Source: Dehalococcoidia bacterium (GTDB lineage Bacteria > Chloroflexota > Dehalococcoidia > GIF9 > UBA5629). From it: a stretch of DNA of 64,000 bases. The notes below the pieces were generated by a model, which worked only from the letters and a program-made list of their open reading frames with translations, ran no database searches and had not been told where the DNA came from. The position numbers were made by a program, and so were the translations under genes. The DNA is taken from the NCBI GenBank assembly GCA_050011565.1, contig JBEKIW010000001.1:320001-384000 (forward strand), read 5' to 3'. Shown here piece by piece: positions 39,336 through 49,200 of the stretch; the stretch's first letter is position 1, and each line of letters opens with the position of its first letter.

Positions 39336-40271
39336 TTAAGCAGTTGACTCTGTGGTATCGGTAAAAGACTGATAATTGCTCGCCCGCTCAAGGTAGCATT
39401 GCCATCGGGCGTTTACCCAGTCCTGCAATTGAGCTAGCTTCCCTTCGGAAATGTCTTTGAACCTACCTTGAAGGGCCAGGTATTCCCTTACCGGCTTTAG
39501 CTTGCCTTTACGGGCGAGAGATGCACTGGCTGAGGTGAGATGAAAGACGCTATCCTGAATCTCATAAAGCACGACCATGCCCGTTTCCACCGCCAGTTGG
39601 CCGATTTTGACGGTATCGCTGTAGGGGAATTGCCATCCGGGAGCGCAGGGCGTAAACACATGTATGAACCTGGTACCTTTTATTGCCTTGGCTTTTCTGA
39701 CTTTTTCGTAAAGGTCCAGCGGGTAAGAGGCATTGGAAGTGGCAATATATGGAAGGCAGTGCGCTTCCATTATGGCAGCTATGTCCTTAGGGTTCTGTTG
39801 CTTGCCCAGTATAGGTGTAGTGCCTGTGATAGCGCCCAGGGGCGTGGAGCCTGAGCGTTGATTGCCGGTATTCATATAACCTTCGTTGTCATAGCAGATA
39901 TAGATGAAATCCTCCTGTCTCTCTGCAGCTCCGCTTAGCGACTGAATGCCAATATCATGTGTACCGCCATCGCCGGCCATGGCCAGAACAGTCAATCCTT
40001 TTCTGCCGGTAGCCCTGAGTCCGGCAACCAGTCCGGTTGCTGAGGCGCCGGTGGAGGCGAACGGTGTATTCACGCAGGGCACAGTAACCGATGTTATGGG
40101 ATACATGCCGTGCAGCACGGTGAGACAGCTGGCCGGCACCGTGACAATGACCTGTCCATCTAACGCCTTCAAAATGTGGCGATAGGCTAGAGCTAAGGCA
40201 CAGCCCGGGCAGGTCCTATTGCCCGGCAGCGCGTATTCTGTTTCAGTCAGGTTGACCGCATTTACTTTCAC
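39336..40271 (-). CDS. porB: Pyruvate/2-oxoacid:ferredoxin oxidoreductase beta subunit (TPP-binding)
   Basis: CPGC, GDGGTHDIG, YDNEGYMNTG.QRS. Confidence 0.9.
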   Translation of the reverse strand: MKVNAVNLTETEYALPGNRTCPGCALALAYRHILKALDGQVIVTVPASCLTVLHGMYPITSVTVPCVNTPFASTGASATGLVAGLRATGRKGLTVLAMAGDGGTHDIGIQSLSGAAERQEDFIYICYDNEGYMNTGNQRSGSTPLGAITGTTPILGKQQNPKDIAAIMEAHCLPYIATSNASYPLDLYEKVRKAKAIKGTRFIHVFTPCAPGWQFPYSDTVKIGQLAVETGMVVLYEIQDSVFHLTSASASLARKGKLKPVREYLALQGRFKDISEGKLAQLQDWVNARWQCYLERASNYQSFTDTTESTA

Positions 40272-40284
40272 AATATGACCTTTT

Positions 40285-41508
40285 TCAGATATAACATACC
40301 CATTCCGGATACTCGATGTTTAAAGCGCCTGATTTCATTGCGGGTAGCGCGCTTCTTACGGCATCCGCCAGTTCTCTGGCTTTAACATCTCGTCCGCCCA
40401 GTCCGACGATAAAGTTTCGGATGGCTGCCTTTGTCTGGCTCCCGTACAAAGCCGACTTGATTTCCGAGCAGGTAGCTCCCTCGGAGCCGTAGCTGATATT
40501 CTTGTCGAAGACCGCAACCAGACGAGCCTTTTCGAGTGCCTTTACCAAAGCAGCTTTAGGAAACGGTCTGAACACTCTCAAACCCAGCACACTGACTTTG
40601 TGCTCCTCTTCCCGTAGCATTTCTGCCGCCACCGTGGCTTCCATTGCCAGGCTGCCCATGGCAACGATTACTATGTCGGCATCGTCGATGTCATCTTCCC
40701 AGAACATGCCGGCATAATCCCGGCCAAACAATTTGCCGAATTCCTTACCTACTTTCGTTATTGTTTTGGCCGAGTTTTGCAGCGCCTCCTGGAGCAGGTA
40801 TCTCAGCTCCATATACCCGTGGCAGAGAATGCCTTCAGCATTAACTCTGGGGTCGGCGAGGGTTACCAGGTTGTAATTCTTGGGATTGGCCGGGTCCAAT
40901 GTAGTATGAGGTTTATACGGGGGCAGGAATTTATCCACCTCCTCTTGTGATGGTACTTGAACAGGCATCTCAGTATGAGATAGGACATAGCCGTCGTAAC
41001 AGACCATAACGGGTACGAACACTGTTTCGGCAATCTTATACGCCTGGATAATAGTATCCAGAATTTCTTGGTTGTTTCGAGCATATAGTTGTATCCAGCC
41101 GGTATCACGCTGGGATATGGAGTCCTGCTGGTCGTTGAGTATGTTCCAGGGTGCGCCGATGGCGCGGTTAACGCAGGTGAGCACCACTGGCAGGCGTGCT
41201 CCAGCCGCCCAATGCAGCATTTCGTGCATATAAGCTAAGCCATGGGCACTTGTAGCAGTAAAGGTTCTGGCTCCTACCAGAGATGCCGAGGTACAGACCG
41301 CCATGGCGCTGTGTTCGCTCTCGACGGCAACATATTCAGCCTTTAGGTCGCCTCTTTCCACAAATTCGGAAAGTGTTTCGGTAACCGGCGTCTGTGGTGT
41401 AATGGGGTAGGCAGCTATAACCTGCACGCGGCTTAGTTTGGCTCCTTCAGCAGCCGCCTGATTACCGTCCAGCAATCGAAAATTGGCTTTGTTGGTTCTC
41501 TTTGCCAA
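40285..41508 (-). CDS. porA: Pyruvate/2-oxoacid:ferredoxin oxidoreductase alpha subunit
   Basis: GN.AAA, YPITPQT, ESEHSAM, NRA, GLGGRD. Confidence 0.9.
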   Translation of the reverse strand: MAKRTNKANFRLLDGNQAAAEGAKLSRVQVIAAYPITPQTPVTETLSEFVERGDLKAEYVAVESEHSAMAVCTSASLVGARTFTATSAHGLAYMHEMLHWAAGARLPVVLTCVNRAIGAPWNILNDQQDSISQRDTGWIQLYARNNQEILDTIIQAYKIAETVFVPVMVCYDGYVLSHTEMPVQVPSQEEVDKFLPPYKPHTTLDPANPKNYNLVTLADPRVNAEGILCHGYMELRYLLQEALQNSAKTITKVGKEFGKLFGRDYAGMFWEDDIDDADIVIVAMGSLAMEATVAAEMLREEEHKVSVLGLRVFRPFPKAALVKALEKARLVAVFDKNISYGSEGATCSEIKSALYGSQTKAAIRNFIVGLGGRDVKARELADAVRSALPAMKSGALNIEYPEWVCYI

Positions 41509-41526
41509 AGACAGACCCTTTCTACA

Positions 41527-41802
41527 TTACACCATGGTGATAGCCTGAACCGGGCACACCCGACTGCATATTCCGCAGCCCTTGCAGTAATCCATGTTTA
41601 TCTTGATAGGTATGGTCTTTTGGATGACGGCATCCGGGCAGTACATCCAGCACAGAAAGCAGGATGGTTTCTTCTGCCTGGCTGGAGTGCACTTGCTATG
41701 ATTTACGACCGGCATCAGGCTGCGCCATTCACCTGTCTTGCCAGCTTCGCCGACGGCTGGAGAAGACTCATCGCAAATATGTTTGCAATCTCTGGTTCCC
41801 AT
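41527..41802 (-). CDS. porD: 2-oxoacid:ferredoxin oxidoreductase delta subunit
   Basis: TGEWR..P, CFLCWMYCP, YCKGCGIC..VCP. Confidence 0.88.
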   Translation of the reverse strand: MGTRDCKHICDESSPAVGEAGKTGEWRSLMPVVNHSKCTPARQKKPSCFLCWMYCPDAVIQKTIPIKINMDYCKGCGICSRVCPVQAITMV

Positions 41803-41806
41803 AGTC

Positions 41807-42385
41807 TTATCTTTTCCTGTCCAGCTTAGTTATCTCATAGGTCTTTTCAATGGCGGCGAGGTTAATGTCTATGGCGCTATTAGAAAATCTTTCCCTTATT
41901 ACCTTTTCAATGCTAGGCATGTCCACTATTTGGGTAGCATAGGCAAAAGCGCCTAACATAGCCGTATTCACCATCGGCAGCCCGCCGACCATAAGCCCAA
42001 GTTCCCGGCATACCTTGGTGGCGTCGGCAGCAGCGATGTTAAAGTCGCCTTTGATTTTCAGCTCCTTGGGATGCAGCCAGGAATTGACTATCAGCCATCC
42101 ATCGCTGCTCAGTCCGCTTATTACCTCTTCGTATTTAAGCAGAGACTGGTCTAGAACCACAACAGCACTTGGATTTTCTACTTGCGAGACTACCGCAATG
42201 GATTCTGTGGAAATCCGGGTCAGGGCGCTTACCGGTACGCCTCTTCTTTCAGCGCCAAAAGATGGCGCTGCGGTTACACCTTGGTATCCTTTAAAGTATG
42301 CCGCCTGAGCAATTATCTTGGCGGCTGTTACAGCTCCCTGTCCACCCCGGCCATGCCATCTAATCTCATATAGCTTTACGGTCAC
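41807..42385 (-). CDS. porC: 2-oxoacid:ferredoxin oxidoreductase gamma subunit
   Basis: EIRWHGRGGQG, FGAERRG.PV, NTAMLGA. Confidence 0.9.
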   Translation of the reverse strand: MTVKLYEIRWHGRGGQGAVTAAKIIAQAAYFKGYQGVTAAPSFGAERRGVPVSALTRISTESIAVVSQVENPSAVVVLDQSLLKYEEVISGLSSDGWLIVNSWLHPKELKIKGDFNIAAADATKVCRELGLMVGGLPMVNTAMLGAFAYATQIVDMPSIEKVIRERFSNSAIDINLAAIEKTYEITKLDRKR

Positions 42386-42502
42386 AGGGATTTCTTCGGC
42401 CTTTCCAGTCCATTTATATATTTTGAGGCGAACAAGGATATATGTTAGCTCTCGGCACTTGCGTGTGTCAAACAGATATAAATAGATATTCGTTACGCCA
42501 GA

Positions 42503-43282
42503 CTACTTTCCTAAAACTATGCCTGCAGGGTCTATTTCCTGGCGCAATATTCTCAAGTCCTTATCAGGCGGTTCGGGGCTGGTTTTAATCCCGGCTGGCA
42601 AAATAATTTCGAATTGACTGTTCTCCCTTACTTCATCAACGCTGACTCCGGGATGCAACGAGATTAGCTTGAGCCTTTTCGTTTTTTCGTCAAAGCCATA
42701 CAAGCCTAACTGCGTGATGACTCTGTACGGGCCGGTGCCCTCAGGCAATCCTGCTTTCTCTCTGGCATTCGGGCCGTCAAGAAATCCGGGTGTCGTCAGG
42801 AAATCGAGCTTGTCCACGAATGTTCTCTTTGATTGTTTGGCAATAATAATAATGAGCCTGTGGGCAAAAGACGCTACATCATTGGCGCCGCCGCTGCCGG
42901 GCAGGCGGCTTTTGGGCAGGTCATGGTCGCCTATAACCGTAGTGTTGATGTTTCCGTACATATCCATCTGGGCCGCGCCGAGGAATCCAAAATCAATATA
43001 TCCTGCTTGTGAGAGAGACATGGTATCGTGCATGCTGGAAGCAGCTACAGCTTTATAGAAGGTTCTAGATTCACCCACTGAAACAGGCAGTTCAGGCAGC
43101 AAAGGTCCTAATCCGCCGGCTTCAAATACGATAACCAGTTTGGGAGCATGAGTTTTTTGGGCTAACATGGCAGCTATTATGGGGAATCCGGTGCCCACGA
43201 AGACAGTTTTCTTGTCTTCCAGTAAGCTGGCGCCGGTAAAAGCTAAGAACTCTCTGGTGTTATATCTATCTTCTGTAAGCAT
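42503..43282 (-). CDS. Family I CoA-transferase beta subunit (glutaconate/3-oxoadipate type)
   Basis: FVGTG.P, VFEAG (catalytic Glu position), GAAQ.D.YGNIN, PGSGGAND. Confidence 0.88.
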   Translation of the reverse strand: MLTEDRYNTREFLAFTGASLLEDKKTVFVGTGFPIIAAMLAQKTHAPKLVIVFEAGGLGPLLPELPVSVGESRTFYKAVAASSMHDTMSLSQAGYIDFGFLGAAQMDMYGNINTTVIGDHDLPKSRLPGSGGANDVASFAHRLIIIIAKQSKRTFVDKLDFLTTPGFLDGPNAREKAGLPEGTGPYRVITQLGLYGFDEKTKRLKLISLHPGVSVDEVRENSQFEIILPAGIKTSPEPPDKDLRILRQEIDPAGIVLGK

Positions 43283-43322
43283 ATTGGGTGTAAATCCCCC
43301 TTTATTTATGAGAATTCCATAT

Positions 43323-44354
43323 CTATTTCCGCCACGGAGCCACCATCGGCTCCTTGAGAAATTCTCTCCTTTTCAGGTAGGTTAACTTTTTTGTGCCGCC
43401 GCAAAGTTTCAGATAATCATCGAAAGATTCGACACCGAACACGAATTTGTTCAAATATTCATCGACACCTTCCTGAGTTTTGGATAGATTCAGCCACTCA
43501 GCTATATGCTCCTCATCGTAATAGTACATACCGGGCATTTCACAGGGATGTGAGCCGTAAGGGACTTTAACAACAGCATCTACTACCAGAAAAGGTATGA
43601 CTGTCTTCCAGGGTTCTTTTCTGATGATTTCATTGTCGATGATTTCTTCGGTGGTTATTATTAACCTTCGTGCACATCTGGAAAGTTCGAAGTCCTCAAC
43701 GAGGATAGCATCTATTTGGGCGTTGCCATAGATGTCGCAACGGTGGACATGAATAAAAGCTACATCCGGGTAAACCGCCGGAATTAAATTTATCGGTTTG
43801 CCACTGAACGGGTCTTTGACCACTTTGCAGGAGCTGTAATCACCGGTGTCGGTACCCAGTAAGTTGCGACTTGGGATAAACGGTATACCCATCATACCGG
43901 CCAGGAATCGCCATTGATATCCGGCATTTCTGGTTTCGGCAACCACTTTACATTGCCCATTTTCTACCATTCTCTTGGAGGCAGGGGATAGCCCTCTGAG
44001 TTCATGGCCAAAGCAATAGGCTACCTCCGCTCTATTTACACAACCCGAACCTACCAGAATATCGATATCGTGAACAGCCGTTTTACCGGCCATAGCCAAA
44101 TTGCGTTTCTTTTGCCTGATAATTTCATAGACAATGGCCATGGATACCCTTACGTGGCCAAAACCGCCGCTGGCGATGAAATCTCCGTCATGGACAAATC
44201 TTGATACCGCTTCCTTGACTGACATTGCTTTATCCTTCAGTTCGCGTGACTTGTTTTGGAGCACCCAGTCCCTTGCCTCGTCGGGGTCGTGCCAGCCCAG
44301 TAGCTCCCCTCTGCCTTCCTTTAAGACTTCCATACCGAGAACCTCCTTTGACAC
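43323..44354 (-). CDS. Family I CoA-transferase alpha subunit (glutaconate type)
   Basis: EAVSRFVHDGD, LLGTD, PDVA.IH...CD.YGN, PYGSHP. Confidence 0.88.
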   Translation of the reverse strand: MSKEVLGMEVLKEGRGELLGWHDPDEARDWVLQNKSRELKDKAMSVKEAVSRFVHDGDFIASGGFGHVRVSMAIVYEIIRQKKRNLAMAGKTAVHDIDILVGSGCVNRAEVAYCFGHELRGLSPASKRMVENGQCKVVAETRNAGYQWRFLAGMMGIPFIPSRNLLGTDTGDYSSCKVVKDPFSGKPINLIPAVYPDVAFIHVHRCDIYGNAQIDAILVEDFELSRCARRLIITTEEIIDNEIIRKEPWKTVIPFLVVDAVVKVPYGSHPCEMPGMYYYDEEHIAEWLNLSKTQEGVDEYLNKFVFGVESFDDYLKLCGGTKKLTYLKRREFLKEPMVAPWRK

Positions 44355-44413
44355 AAACTAGCAACCTAACTGTAAGTGTCTAGTTTGAGTGGTTTACGTG
44401 AAAAATTCCTGTT

Positions 44414-46981
44414 TCAGCTTATTGAAATCATTGAGCCGTTGGCTGTCTTGGTCACATTTATGAGCGTATCGAACTTGTCCTTCATTTCTTCAAGGTGTGT
44501 AATAACGATTATCTTCTCGAAGTCATCCTGGATGGAGTTTATGGCTTCGATGAGTTTTTCCCTGGCTGAACTATCCTGAGTGCCGAAGCCTTCATCGATA
44601 ATCAGTATGGGAAGGGAGGCACCGGCTCTCCTGACCAGCAACATGGAAAGAGCGATACGGAGGGCAAGGTCTATACGAAAGGCCTCTCCGCCGCTATACA
44701 TTTCGTAGTTGCGAGTGCCCAGTTCATCGGCGATCTTGATATCTAGAGTCTCAATGGTATCACCCTTTCTTGTTTCCCGCTGGCTTTCCAGTCTTAGTGA
44801 CATCCTGTTGTCGGTCATCTTGGCCAACAGGCGATTGGCCTCTATCTCAATTTCGGGAAGCGCTTGCTCGATAAGCAGTGCCTGAATACCCTTTTTACTG
44901 AAAGCCTCAGCTAATTCTTTATAAATGCTTTCCTCGTTTAAAGCTTCTTGCAAGAGCTTTGCTTTTTCTTGCTTGTTTACTTCCAGTTCAGCCAGCTGCC
45001 GCAATCTTTCTTGCAAAGCAACTAAGCTATCGCGTACCTGTCGCTCTTTTTGAAGCGAAGCCTGGCGAGCCTCTTCTTCTTTAGTCAACTTATCAATTAT
45101 ACCGGGGAGGGAAAGAAGCTCAGCACTCAAATTTTCTCGCTTCTTCAAATCTGCCGTTATTGTTTTCTGTAGACTGGAAATAGTCTCCTCAGCCTCGGCC
45201 AAGGCAGACTTTTCCTTATCAATATTTTTAATGGCTTCATCTAGCTCCCGCTGCAGGCTTTCATATCTTTGTAGTTCTGCTAGTTGCTGCTGTATCTTCT
45301 CATGCTTTTCTTTACTGTATCCGAGCTTTCGCTCTTCATTTTCTAACTGGGCTAGTGTCTGCTGCTCATAAACAGCATAATCTTTTTTGGCCATGAGCTG
45401 CTCAAGTTCCTCCAGTCTGGCTCGTTCTTGAGACAGTTCATTACCGACTTTTCTGGCTTCAGCAAGCTCTTTTTCAATGATACTCAGCTGGCTGTGCCGG
45501 TCAGCTCTCTCTTTGTTCAGTTCTGATTCTAGTTCAATCAATTCGTTTTCGAGCGCCTCGAGTTTTGTCTGTTTTTTACTTAGCTCCTCGTCGTTCTTTT
45601 GCCGAGTCTTGATTTTATATTGGACTTCAGCGGTGAGTTTGGCTTGTATTTGCCGTCGCCCATCTATTCCAAGCTCGGTCTCACACAAAGGACAACGGAC
45701 ATCAGTTCCCGTCAGCAACTTGAGTTTCTCATTCAAACCTGCAATTTCCTGGGCTAATTGCATATTGGTAGACTCCAGGTAACTGATTCGGGAAGCAGTC
45801 TGCTGCATTTGTTTTCGCTTTTTGGCGACTATTTCCTGTTGCTTTGACAGTTCAAGCATATGCTTGCGCGCTTGCGTTAGCGATTCTTCCAGCTGGGTCG
45901 TTTTGGCGAATTTAGCTTCATTCTCTGCGTACTTGGCTTGAATTACTTTGTGCTCGATAGTGAGTGCCTGAGCAGCCTTTTTTATAGCCTGGTCTAAATC
46001 CCTTATGCGCTCTCTCAATGCGAATAACTGACTTAGTTTCTGGTTGAATTCGTCATTAAATGTTTTGACTTCCTTAAATTCAGAGTAGCCCTTTTCTATA
46101 GCTGCTTTTTCTGCCAACACCAGTTCATATTCCGTTATTCTGGCTTTATATTCCTTAGTTTTCGCCTCCCGGCGTTCCAGTTCCTTTTTAGTTTCGTTCA
46201 GGCGAATCTCAGTATTTGATAACTGCTCCTTTTTAATCTCTAAAGCCGCTTTTTGGCTGCGCAGGCTGGAAATATCCGCCTCTTCGGACGTTCTTCTATC
46301 TTCCAGCTGGCTAATTTCGTTCTGGATTTTACTAATTTCATCTTCGTACTTAGCCCGGTTGACCAGCTGGAGTTCGATATCGGAGATAGCAACCTCGAGT
46401 CTTTCGGCTTCTGTCCTTCTTTTGCCGGACTGCTCCTTGGCTCTACTCTCCAGTTCATCATAGTGAGACAAACCCAGAATATTGGCCAGTATCTCTTTAC
46501 GTTCTCCGGGACGCTTTATACTGAATTCGTCAGCGTGTCCCTGCCGGAGGAAGGCGCTATTCTTGAATGTCTCGTAGTCCAGATTTAGAACGTCAATAAT
46601 CTTCTGCTGGGTTTCCAGTAGCGAATTACCGGAAATAGGTCTAAAAGCCCCATTGCCAGCTATTTGAAGTTCTAGGACAGTCTGTCCGGCACGTGCTTTG
46701 CTGGGTTTCATAGCGTGTTTGCGAAGAACTCGATATCTCTGCTCACCGGAGATGAACTCCAGCTCAATCTCCATCTCGGATTGCCCTGAGTGAATCAGGT
46801 CATCATCGTTCCTGGCACGGGATTTGCCCCACAGTGCCCAGGTTATGGCGTCGAAAATTGCCGATTTGCCATTGCCGTTATCGCCGCAAAGGCAGGCTAT
46901 GCGTATGCCTTCGAAAGACAACGGTGGTACATTGTCTCGGTAGCACATGAAGTTTTTGAGCGCCAGTCTGACAGGAATCAT
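44414..46981 (-). CDS. sbcC: SbcC/Rad50-like SMC ATPase
   Basis: MIPVRL..KNF.CY, GDNGNGKS, long coiled coil with CPLC hook, YSGGE, IIDEGFG, ITH; start at ATG 46981. Confidence 0.92.
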   Translation of the reverse strand: MIPVRLALKNFMCYRDNVPPLSFEGIRIACLCGDNGNGKSAIFDAITWALWGKSRARNDDDLIHSGQSEMEIELEFISGEQRYRVLRKHAMKPSKARAGQTVLELQIAGNGAFRPISGNSLLETQQKIIDVLNLDYETFKNSAFLRQGHADEFSIKRPGERKEILANILGLSHYDELESRAKEQSGKRRTEAERLEVAISDIELQLVNRAKYEDEISKIQNEISQLEDRRTSEEADISSLRSQKAALEIKKEQLSNTEIRLNETKKELERREAKTKEYKARITEYELVLAEKAAIEKGYSEFKEVKTFNDEFNQKLSQLFALRERIRDLDQAIKKAAQALTIEHKVIQAKYAENEAKFAKTTQLEESLTQARKHMLELSKQQEIVAKKRKQMQQTASRISYLESTNMQLAQEIAGLNEKLKLLTGTDVRCPLCETELGIDGRRQIQAKLTAEVQYKIKTRQKNDEELSKKQTKLEALENELIELESELNKERADRHSQLSIIEKELAEARKVGNELSQERARLEELEQLMAKKDYAVYEQQTLAQLENEERKLGYSKEKHEKIQQQLAELQRYESLQRELDEAIKNIDKEKSALAEAEETISSLQKTITADLKKRENLSAELLSLPGIIDKLTKEEEARQASLQKERQVRDSLVALQERLRQLAELEVNKQEKAKLLQEALNEESIYKELAEAFSKKGIQALLIEQALPEIEIEANRLLAKMTDNRMSLRLESQRETRKGDTIETLDIKIADELGTRNYEMYSGGEAFRIDLALRIALSMLLVRRAGASLPILIIDEGFGTQDSSAREKLIEAINSIQDDFEKIIVITHLEEMKDKFDTLINVTKTANGSMISIS

Positions 46982-46997
46982 GTTGCTGTATGAGTAG

Positions 46998-47762
46998 TTA
47001 GAAATCCAAGTCATCTTCTCTGGGGGCGAATTTGGCTGCCTCTTCTTTACTGGGACAAATTTCAAGAAAATCGCAGTTCCAGCAGTAGACGTTTGGTGTA
47101 GCTGAGTATTCTTTCTCCTGGCGTATCCTATCAACCATGTCGATTACATAGGAAGTAGCTTGTGCCAAATCTTCAGCGGTCAGCTCAATGGTCTGGAATT
47201 TGCCGACCTCCAGATAAAGATAGGAGGCCTTATTGACCGGCAAGTCCTGTTTCCGGGAGAGAATAAGGGCATAAATATGGAGTTGAAGCTGATTTATTTC
47301 AGCGGGCATCTTGCCGGTCTTATAGTCGACGATGTGTAGACTGTCATCGGATTCTTTGTCAACCCGGTCTATTCTGCCTTTTAAGAGTATGTTGGCTGTA
47401 AGTTCAGCACGGTGATTATTTTCTATCATAAATGGCGTAACAGATATATCTACATTCTTAGCAAACCAACGCAGTTGATTGAGAGCTTTTTCACCCCATC
47501 TTTTCTCATCCTCTTTGTTATTGAACCCTTTTCGGTTGCGTCGCCATTTCTCTCGCAGCAAATCCTCGACTTTGAGTAGATTTCGTTCGCTAACCGGGAC
47601 TATGGATAGGAAATCTTTGAGCGTAGCGTGGACATGGTCGCCCATGGTGAAATATGGCCGGGCTTTTCTGTAAATGTCACCTAGATGGTCGATGTACTGA
47701 AACTTATACTGCATCGGGCACTGCTGAAACATATTCAGGCTAAAAGGTGAAGCTTCAAACAT
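46998..47762 (-). CDS. PD-(D/E)XK RecB/AddB-like nuclease with probable Fe-S cysteines
   Basis: SPFSL..FQQCP, G..VH, GRIDRVD, IVDYKTG, QL..YA, CWNC...EIC. Confidence 0.88.
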   Translation of the reverse strand: MFEASPFSLNMFQQCPMQYKFQYIDHLGDIYRKARPYFTMGDHVHATLKDFLSIVPVSERNLLKVEDLLREKWRRNRKGFNNKEDEKRWGEKALNQLRWFAKNVDISVTPFMIENNHRAELTANILLKGRIDRVDKESDDSLHIVDYKTGKMPAEINQLQLHIYALILSRKQDLPVNKASYLYLEVGKFQTIELTAEDLAQATSYVIDMVDRIRQEKEYSATPNVYCWNCDFLEICPSKEEAAKFAPREDDLDF

Positions 47763-47817
47763 TTTTATATCTGCTGACGTAGATTTTGCGTTTCAGGCTG
47801 ACTCTATTTTATCATAA

Positions 47818-47846
47818 TTGACTGCACGGACTGCCATGGGTAGAAT
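47818..47846 (+). promoter_or_regulatory. Sigma70 promoter of ffh
   Basis: TTGACT-17 nt-TAGAAT. Confidence 0.65.
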
Positions 47847-47860
47847 GCTATAGGTGGCTT

Positions 47861-49192
47861 ATGTTTGAAGTTCTGACACAAAAGCTGAGCAAGGTATTCA
47901 GTAGCCTTGGCAGTAAGGGGAGGCTTAGCGAGAAAGATATTGACGAAGCTTTGCGGCAGATTCGCCTGGCTCTCCTGGAAGCAGACGTTAACTTCAAGGT
48001 GGTAAAGAGTTTTTTAGTTAATTTGAAAGAGCAGGCTCTAACCGCCAAAGTATTGGAAAGCCTTACCCCCGCTCAGCAAATCGTTAAAATTGTCAATGAA
48101 GAACTCGTAAATATCTTAGGCAAAGAACGCAATTCACTTATTGTCGCTGGTCACCCGCCCTCAATCGCTATGCTTGTTGGTTTACAGGGTTCGGGAAAGA
48201 CGACTACGGCAGCCAAGCTAGCCCAGCTTCTTAAAAGCTCCGGACAACGTCCTTTACTGGTAGCTGCTGATACTAGACGCCCGGCTGCCATCGACCAGTT
48301 GATAACGCTAGGCAAGCAGCTTGACATACCGGTTTCAAGCGATGATGCGAAGGTGGGACCGCTGGCTATTTGTCGCCAGTCTCTGAAACAGGCTCGCGAA
48401 ATGGGGGCTACCTGGGTAATTATTGATACTCAGGGGCGTTTACATGTCGACGAAGCAATGATGAAGGAACTGGTGAAGTTGAAAGCTGAATTTCACCCTT
48501 CGGAGGTGCTGTTGGTAGTTGATGCAATGACCGGTCAGGACGCGGTAAACACCGCTGAAGAGTTCAACAGGAATGTTGGTTTGACCGGGCTTATTTTAAC
48601 CAAGATGGATGGTGATGCTCGCGGCGGTGCAGCTCTTTCTATCAAGTTTGTCACTGGTGTGCCGGTGAAATTCATTGGCACCGGGGAAAAAGCAAATGCT
48701 ATTGAGCCTTTTTATCCGGAACGCTTAGCTTCTCGCATTTTAGGTATGGGAGATATGCTTACTCTCATCGAGAAGGCAGAAGAGGCTTTTGATGAGCAGC
48801 GCGCTAAGCAACTCGAGAAAAAGATGCGCACTGCAGAACTCAATCTTGAGGACTTTCTGCTTCAGTTGCGTCAGATTAAGAAGATGGGGTCATTAAGCCA
48901 ATTGGTTGAATTGCTGCCTGGTTTTTCGAAGCTGGCCTCCAGCATTCCCCAAAGCGGCGGTGAAGAGCAGTTGCGAAAAATTGAGTCTATTATCCTGTCC
49001 ATGACCGCAGACGAACGCCGTAACCCGGCTATTATTGGTGGCAGCCGGCGGCGGCGCATCGCAAAGGGCAGCGGAACCATGCCCGGCGATGTAAATCAAT
49101 TGCTCAATCAGTTTTATCAGATGCGAAAGCTGGCTAAGATGGCAGCCACAGGGAAGTTGCCGAAAAATTTGATGGATACATTGAGGCGATAA
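47861..49192 (+). CDS. ffh: Signal recognition particle protein
   Basis: ALLEADV, GLQGSGKTT, DTQGR, DAMTGQDA, TKMDGDARGG, M domain SRRRRIAKGSG. Confidence 0.98.
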   Translation: MFEVLTQKLSKVFSSLGSKGRLSEKDIDEALRQIRLALLEADVNFKVVKSFLVNLKEQALTAKVLESLTPAQQIVKIVNEELVNILGKERNSLIVAGHPPSIAMLVGLQGSGKTTTAAKLAQLLKSSGQRPLLVAADTRRPAAIDQLITLGKQLDIPVSSDDAKVGPLAICRQSLKQAREMGATWVIIDTQGRLHVDEAMMKELVKLKAEFHPSEVLLVVDAMTGQDAVNTAEEFNRNVGLTGLILTKMDGDARGGAALSIKFVTGVPVKFIGTGEKANAIEPFYPERLASRILGMGDMLTLIEKAEEAFDEQRAKQLEKKMRTAELNLEDFLLQLRQIKKMGSLSQLVELLPGFSKLASSIPQSGGEEQLRKIESIILSMTADERRNPAIIGGSRRRRIAKGSGTMPGDVNQLLNQFYQMRKLAKMAATGKLPKNLMDTLRR

Positions 49193-49200
49193 GCAGCTTG

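Noticed and set aside
46982-47134. N-terminal extension of the 906-aa SMC ORF
   Set aside because: It overlaps the upstream nuclease gene; SbcC homology begins at MIPVRL (46981).
46998-47762. Cas4 of a CRISPR system
   Set aside because: No cas1/cas2 or array in the window; the sequence fits a stand-alone RecB/AddB-like nuclease.
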